This document shows, in pieces, positions 59,452 to 64,000 of a DNA stretch of 64,000 bases. The DNA is from Thermoanaerobaculia bacterium. GTDB taxonomy: Bacteria > Acidobacteriota > Thermoanaerobaculia > Multivoradales > Multivoraceae. Within the stretch, counting starts at the first letter, position 1, and each line of letters begins with the position of its first letter. The DNA is taken from contig OY761158.1 in NCBI GenBank assembly GCA_963664405.1, positions 2,432,001-2,496,000 on the forward strand, read 5' to 3'. The notes beneath the pieces were generated by a model, which had not been told where the DNA came from, ran no database searches, and was given only the letters and a program-made list of their open reading frames with translations. Both the position numbers and the translations under genes were made by a program.

Positions 59452-60126
59452 TCACTCCTTGGTGATCTTCAAGTTAGAAAAGTGGGCTACCGTCGACCCA
59501 TTGATCCACAGCCCGACCCGGCCGGTGGCATCTGCGCCCATCTTCATGTCGTTCACCACCAGGGTCGGCTGCTCGGCGCCGTTTACATGGACCCTCAACT
59601 TCTCGCCTTGAATATCGAGCTTCACGTGGGCCCACTCGCCGGGAACAAGGTCCGCGTAGGTTTCATACTTCCCTGGGGTCTCGTTTCGCAACCGCATCCA
59701 ACCATAGTCCGGCTCCGAGCTGTACTGAACGGAGTGGTTACGACGTTCTTGATCCTCGGCGCGGCCATTGGTCGGCCTTAGGTAGACGTGCTCGAACCTT
59801 GAATAGTCCGCCGGCATGCGCAGCCCCAAGCCGACAAACCCGCGAGCTCCCCCTGTTGCGCCAGGAGTCGGCTCGCCCGCCATGTCGACCTCGATCGTGC
59901 CGTTGTGAAACTCGAGGTCCTCTACAACCAGGAACATGCCGATGCCCCGCCCGTCAGGCCCGCGGGTAACTCGCACCGCCTGGCGACCCTTGTAGGTCAC
60001 CACCTCGGCCGTCACATTACGTAGCTCCAAACCCTCGAGCGAGTCGAGCGGAAGGTTTCTAGTGTCCGCCGCAGAGGCGGCGAGTGAACTCAACAGTAGG
60101 GCTGATAGGCATGCACCAAGCTTCAT
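59452..60126 (-). CDS. Secreted DUF1080-like (concanavalin-fold) protein
   Basis: F-x-NGTIEVD, RGFVG, YLRPTN, W-x-HVK, G-x-VGLW, FSNL. Confidence 0.75.
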   Translation of the reverse strand: MKLGACLSALLLSSLAASAADTRNLPLDSLEGLELRNVTAEVVTYKGRQAVRVTRGPDGRGIGMFLVVEDLEFHNGTIEVDMAGEPTPGATGGARGFVGLGLRMPADYSRFEHVYLRPTNGRAEDQERRNHSVQYSSEPDYGWMRLRNETPGKYETYADLVPGEWAHVKLDIQGEKLRVHVNGAEQPTLVVNDMKMGADATGRVGLWINGSTVAHFSNLKITKE

Positions 60127-60293
60127 TCTGATCCTCCCAATGACTTGCTGCCGCGGTGCTCTCTATCGTCTCACAGGAGTCGGATTGACCCGTGTGAGAC
60201 CGGATAGGAAGCGCGTCTTCATAGGTTCACCTCGAGATTCGGGATGGTGCGAGAGACCGTGTTGAGACCTTGACAGTGTACCGAGAACCGCCT

Positions 60294-60302
60294 TGTTAGA
60301 CT
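60294..60302 (+). promoter_or_regulatory. Extended -10 promoter for the DUF3604 gene
   Basis: TGtTAGACT about 30 nt upstream of the ATG, which has an AGGAGG RBS. Confidence 0.4.
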
Positions 60303-60330
60303 GCGGACCTTAAAACTAGGAGGGAATCCC

Positions 60331-62109
60331 ATGTCGAGATCACTCTGCCGAACGCTGACTGTGCTGTGCTGCGCCACTCTGGGCGCCCAGCTTCACGCAG
60401 CTGATTCACGTCAGGCCTATTTTGGCGACCTTCACATTCACACGCGGTACTCGTTCGACGCCTTCGCCTTCGGCACCAAGACCGGCCCCGACGATGCCTA
60501 TCGCTTTGCCAAGGGTGCTGCGATTCCTCATTCCGGCGGTTTCGACATTCAACTCGAACGGCCGCTCGACTTCTACGCTGTGACAGATCACGGCATGTAC
60601 ATGGGCATGTGGTGGGCGATGACGGATCCCGAGCACCGCCTGCACGATGATCCCGAAGCGCAGCGTTACTACGATCCCAAGACCAAGGCCGACCGCAGCC
60701 GCTCCTTTCGTGGCAGTGCCTATCTGCGGGCCAACCCGGACCCCGCGGCGACGCGCACCGCCTGGCAAGACACGGTCGAGGCCGCCGACCGGCACTATAG
60801 ACCCGGCGAGTTCACCACCTTCGCCGCCTACGAGTACACCACCTCACGCAACTCCGGCAACCTGCACCGCAACGTGATCTTCCGCGGCGCTGCCGCGGAC
60901 TTGCCCTTCAGCCGTCTCGATTCGCTTAATCCCGAGGACCTGTGGGACTGGATGGACGGCCTGCGCGACGACGGTATCGAGGCCGTGGCCATTCCACACA
61001 ACGCCAACGGCTCCGACGGCCGGATGTTCGAGATGATGCAGTTCGACGGCTCGCCCATTGACCGCACCTATGCCGAGCAGCGCATGCGCAATGAGCCGCT
61101 GGTCGAAGTCACCCAGATCAAGGGCACATCGGACACTCATCCGGCGCTTTCGCCGAACGACGAGTGGGCCGATTTCGAGATCTACCCCTATCGCATCGCC
61201 ACCATGCTCTACAGCCAGCCGCACGGCAGCTACGCACGGCAGGCTCTGCTCCGCGGTCTGGAGCTGGAGGCGGACAAGAAGGGCAACCCCTACCGCTTCG
61301 GTCTCATCGGCGCCAGCGACACCCACAACTCGGGTGATGTTCTCGACGAGGATCGCTTCGTCAGCAAGGTCGGGGTACTCACCGACGAGCCAGTGGAGCG
61401 AGGTTCGGTCCCGGTCGCGGTCGTCGATGGAAATACCGGGTACACCACCGGCTCGTCGAAATACCACAGTGCATCGGGGCTGACCGGTGTGTGGGCGGAC
61501 ACAAACACTCGCGACGCCATCTTCGATGCCTTCCGGCGCAAGGAGACCTTCGCCACCAGCGGCCCGCGGATCAAGGTCAGGTTCTTCGCCGGCTACGGAC
61601 TCGACGACAAGGGCGACGATCCGGTGGCGGCGGCCTACGAGAACGGGGTACCCATGGGCGGCGACCTGAGCGCCAAGCCTCGAGGCGAGCCCGAGTTCAT
61701 GGTCTCGGCCATGCAGGACCCGTCGGGGACCAAGCTGCAACGCTTGCAGGTCATCAAGGGCTGGCTCGACGACGGTCACCCCCAGGAGCGCGTCTACGAC
61801 GTCGCCTGCTCCGACGGCGGCAAAGTCGATCCCGAAACCCATCGCTGCCCAGACAACGGCGCCAGCGTCGAACTCAGTGACTGCAGCATCACCGCCGATG
61901 TCGGCAGTGCCGAGCTCGAAGCGCTGTGGCGCGACCCGGACTTCGACTCCGGCCAACGCGCCTTCTACTACGTTCGTGCACTCGAGAACCCGACCTGCCG
62001 CTGGTCGACATGGGATGCGGTACGCGCCGGCACGCCGCCGAACCCCAGCCTGGCGGCGACGATCCAGGAACGCGCCTGGTCATCGCCGATCTGGGTGGTG
62101 CCGCGATAG
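60331..62109 (+). CDS. DUF3604 domain protein (PHP-like), secreted
   Basis: FGDLHIHT, VTDH, NLHRNV, IPHN, Q-x-KG, SDTH, QERAWSSPIW. Confidence 0.92.
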   Translation: MSRSLCRTLTVLCCATLGAQLHAADSRQAYFGDLHIHTRYSFDAFAFGTKTGPDDAYRFAKGAAIPHSGGFDIQLERPLDFYAVTDHGMYMGMWWAMTDPEHRLHDDPEAQRYYDPKTKADRSRSFRGSAYLRANPDPAATRTAWQDTVEAADRHYRPGEFTTFAAYEYTTSRNSGNLHRNVIFRGAAADLPFSRLDSLNPEDLWDWMDGLRDDGIEAVAIPHNANGSDGRMFEMMQFDGSPIDRTYAEQRMRNEPLVEVTQIKGTSDTHPALSPNDEWADFEIYPYRIATMLYSQPHGSYARQALLRGLELEADKKGNPYRFGLIGASDTHNSGDVLDEDRFVSKVGVLTDEPVERGSVPVAVVDGNTGYTTGSSKYHSASGLTGVWADTNTRDAIFDAFRRKETFATSGPRIKVRFFAGYGLDDKGDDPVAAAYENGVPMGGDLSAKPRGEPEFMVSAMQDPSGTKLQRLQVIKGWLDDGHPQERVYDVACSDGGKVDPETHRCPDNGASVELSDCSITADVGSAELEALWRDPDFDSGQRAFYYVRALENPTCRWSTWDAVRAGTPPNPSLAATIQERAWSSPIWVVPR

Positions 62110-62169
62110 AGGTGCCGATAGAGGTGCAGGGCTAATCGGCAGAACCCCGGCAGGAATCGAGCCTCGCGA

Positions 62170-63129
62170 CTATCCGCCTGAAGGGAGGTAGGTTAGCGGA
62201 CTAGCTTCGAACTGCTGCACGCACCCGGGAGTCGCGAAGAGATAGATCTTCTCTTCATGCACCGCCCAGAGCTCCGGGTCGTTCGGCGCTCCCCTCACCA
62301 CCAGACAACTGTCGTTCTGGATCGAATAGCGCTCCGGATCGTCGGCAAATCGCTTGCGGCTGGGCTCACTCAGAAACTGATAGCGGTAGCCTTCGTGAAC
62401 GGCCACGATCTCGGGCTTGCCCAGCTCTTCCCTTCCGTCGAGGAGAAGAACTGGATCGAGTCCAGCCAGTACTAGGCGCGACTCCGATTCACTTTCGTCC
62501 TCACTGGCCTGGCCAGCCGCACCCTCGGCCGCGGCCGAGATCTGCCTCGCAACCGTGGAGAGCGCAGGAGACGCCTGTGCCAGCAAGGGGTAGAACTGCA
62601 AGAAGACGTTGTCGTGAGCAGCATGCTCGATGTGGCAGCTGTAGCAGCTCTCCTTCGAGAACGGCTCGGCCTTCTCCAGCAACCCCTTGCGGCTGCCGAA
62701 ATTGTAGTAACCCCAACCTTCGTCGAGGCGCTCGGAGTCCTTGACCGCCAGCTCCACGGACACGAGGTCGCTCGCGAAACTGCCCTCGCGGCCCGGCAGG
62801 ACACCGGAGCCCAGGTCGTGCAGCAAGAGAGCCAACATCGTGCCCTCACGAAACTCACCGGTGGCGACGAAGTGATCGTAGGCGGTGGGCTCGATCAGAG
62901 TGTGATGAAACATCTCCCTTCCGGCATCGCCTTCCGAATAGCTCAGCCCCAGCGAGGAGCCGGCGAAGACCCACTGCCGGAAGTCGGCGGGAAGTAACAA
63001 TCGACCGTCGGCGTCGTAGCTAGGGCTCACGGCGGGAGCATCGGCCTCTCTTGCGGTGGCGACAGCACCCGCAGCGGCAGGCACGGCGACCAGGACGAGG
63101 AGAAAGAACCGCGTTAGGCGGGTGAGCAT
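62170..63129 (-). CDS. Cytochrome P460/c'-beta family domain fused to YHS-like domains
   Basis: Signal peptide, FREGTM, VKDS-x-R, GWGY, CYSCH, D-x-VF-x-QFY; then DPV...Y-x-F...F-x-x-DPERY. Confidence 0.75.
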   Translation of the reverse strand: MLTRLTRFFLLVLVAVPAAAGAVATAREADAPAVSPSYDADGRLLLPADFRQWVFAGSSLGLSYSEGDAGREMFHHTLIEPTAYDHFVATGEFREGTMLALLLHDLGSGVLPGREGSFASDLVSVELAVKDSERLDEGWGYYNFGSRKGLLEKAEPFSKESCYSCHIEHAAHDNVFLQFYPLLAQASPALSTVARQISAAAEGAAGQASEDESESESRLVLAGLDPVLLLDGREELGKPEIVAVHEGYRYQFLSEPSRKRFADDPERYSIQNDSCLVVRGAPNDPELWAVHEEKIYLFATPGCVQQFEASPLTYLPSGG

Positions 63130-63131
63130 CT

Positions 63132-64000
63132 TCAGCGCCGCGGCTCGATCCAGATCGGCGAAGACCAGGCGCGTTCTTGAATCGTTGCCGGAAGATCCGG
63201 GCGAGGCGCTACGCCGGCGTGGACCGCATCCCACGTCGACCAGCGGCAAGTCGGGTTCTCGAGCACCCGCACGTAATAGAACGCACGCTGGCCGCGGTCG
63301 AAGCTCGGGTCTCGCCAAACGGCCTCGAGCTCACTCGCCCCCACATCGGCTGTCGCTGCACAGTTCGTGAGATCGACCTCGGCGCCATTGTCCGGGCAAC
63401 GATGGGTGCTCGGATCGACCTTGCCGCCGTCGGAGCAAGCGACGTCATAGACCTGCTCGTGGCTCACGCCGTCATCGACCCAGCCTTTGATGACCTGAAG
63501 CCGCTGCAGCGCCGCCGACCTCGGATCGCGCGCCGCCCATGCGTAGAATCTCGGCTCGCCGCGACTCTCCGCAGCAAGATCAGTTCCCATCGGTACACCG
63601 CCGGCGTACGCCCTGTCGGCCGCGTCGGCGGCGCCCACAAGATCGTCAGACAGGTCGTAACCGGCAAAGAGACGTACCTTGATGCGGGTGCCCGTGGTAC
63701 CGAAGGTTTCCTTGCGGCGAAAGGCGTCGTAAATCGATACGCGCGTATTCTCCGCCGCCCACACTCCCGCTAGTCCCGAGGCGCTCCACAGCCGGTAGTA
63801 GTTCATTGCGTAAGCATCCGGCACATCGTCGGTCGCGTACGAGATGGGCACCGACCCGCGTACCTGCGCCGTACCGTCGAACTGGCCGATCTTGCTGTGG
63901 AACTTCGACTCGTCGAAAGAGCCGCCGGAGACATGGGTATCGCTGGCCGCCACCACGCCGAATCGGTAGGGGTTGAATCCTGCGCTCTCCTGGAGCTCGA
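63132..64000 (-). CDS. DUF3604 domain protein, 3' part (runs off the window)
   Basis: SDTH, SGLAGVWA, GGVPMG, QERAWSSPIW; paralogue of 60331-62109. Confidence 0.92.
   Translation of the reverse strand, partial: ELQESAGFNPYRFGVVAASDTHVSGGSFDESKFHSKIGQFDGTAQVRGSVPISYATDDVPDAYAMNYYRLWSASGLAGVWAAENTRVSIYDAFRRKETFGTTGTRIKVRLFAGYDLSDDLVGAADAADRAYAGGVPMGTDLAAESRGEPRFYAWAARDPRSAALQRLQVIKGWVDDGVSHEQVYDVACSDGGKVDPSTHRCPDNGAEVDLTNCAATADVGASELEAVWRDPSFDRGQRAFYYVRVLENPTCRWSTWDAVHAGVAPRPDLPATIQERAWSSPIWIEPRR

Noticed and set aside
62105-62127. Tandem GATAGAGGTGC duplication
   Set aside because: Two copies at a gene end; most likely slippage with no evident function.
360-63773. Many long antisense or alternate-frame ORFs (for example 50435-52000, 33653-35005, 53781-55043)
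   Set aside because: They are shadows of real genes in high-GC DNA and carry no recognisable motifs.
1-64000. CRISPR array, tRNA/rRNA, integron attC array
   Set aside because: I saw no regularly spaced repeat-spacer units, cas genes, cloverleafs, IntI or attC-like sites. The 40-bp palindromes are dispersed, not arrayed.

Overview
GC-rich bacterial window. The gene repertoire (sulfatases, PQQ-type propellers, DUF3604, DUF3500, DUF6152, PVC-type heme protein, F420-type LLM enzymes) suggests an Acidobacteriota-like organism; this is inference only. It is mostly secreted or periplasmic catabolic genes with no rRNA, tRNA or CRISPR array that I can see. A ~20 kb accessory segment (about 10.5-31 kb) lies between diverged 207-bp direct repeats. 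It holds an rve-integrase IS, two decayed IS91 copies, an HNH/DUF222 gene, several toxin-antitoxin-like pairs and many gene fragments. The main signals not explained by ordinary annotation are: (1) five 14-16 nt micro-insertions, mostly CTAG plus about 9-10 GC-rich bases, that break the IS91 transposase; (2) a family of 40-bp CTAG-bounded palindromes with a REP-like tail, which supply stop codons and are targeted by an IS1182; (3) an unannotated 56-aa knottin-pattern peptide ORF; (4) a STAS domain fused to a possible acetolactate-decarboxylase-like Zn domain in an ABC locus whose binding protein has an in-frame TGA; (5) a DUF6152 operon with CHEGN-motif paralogues; (6) recurrent leaderless promoter architecture in front of TA and transposase genes. 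All family calls come from motif recognition by eye, not from database searches.
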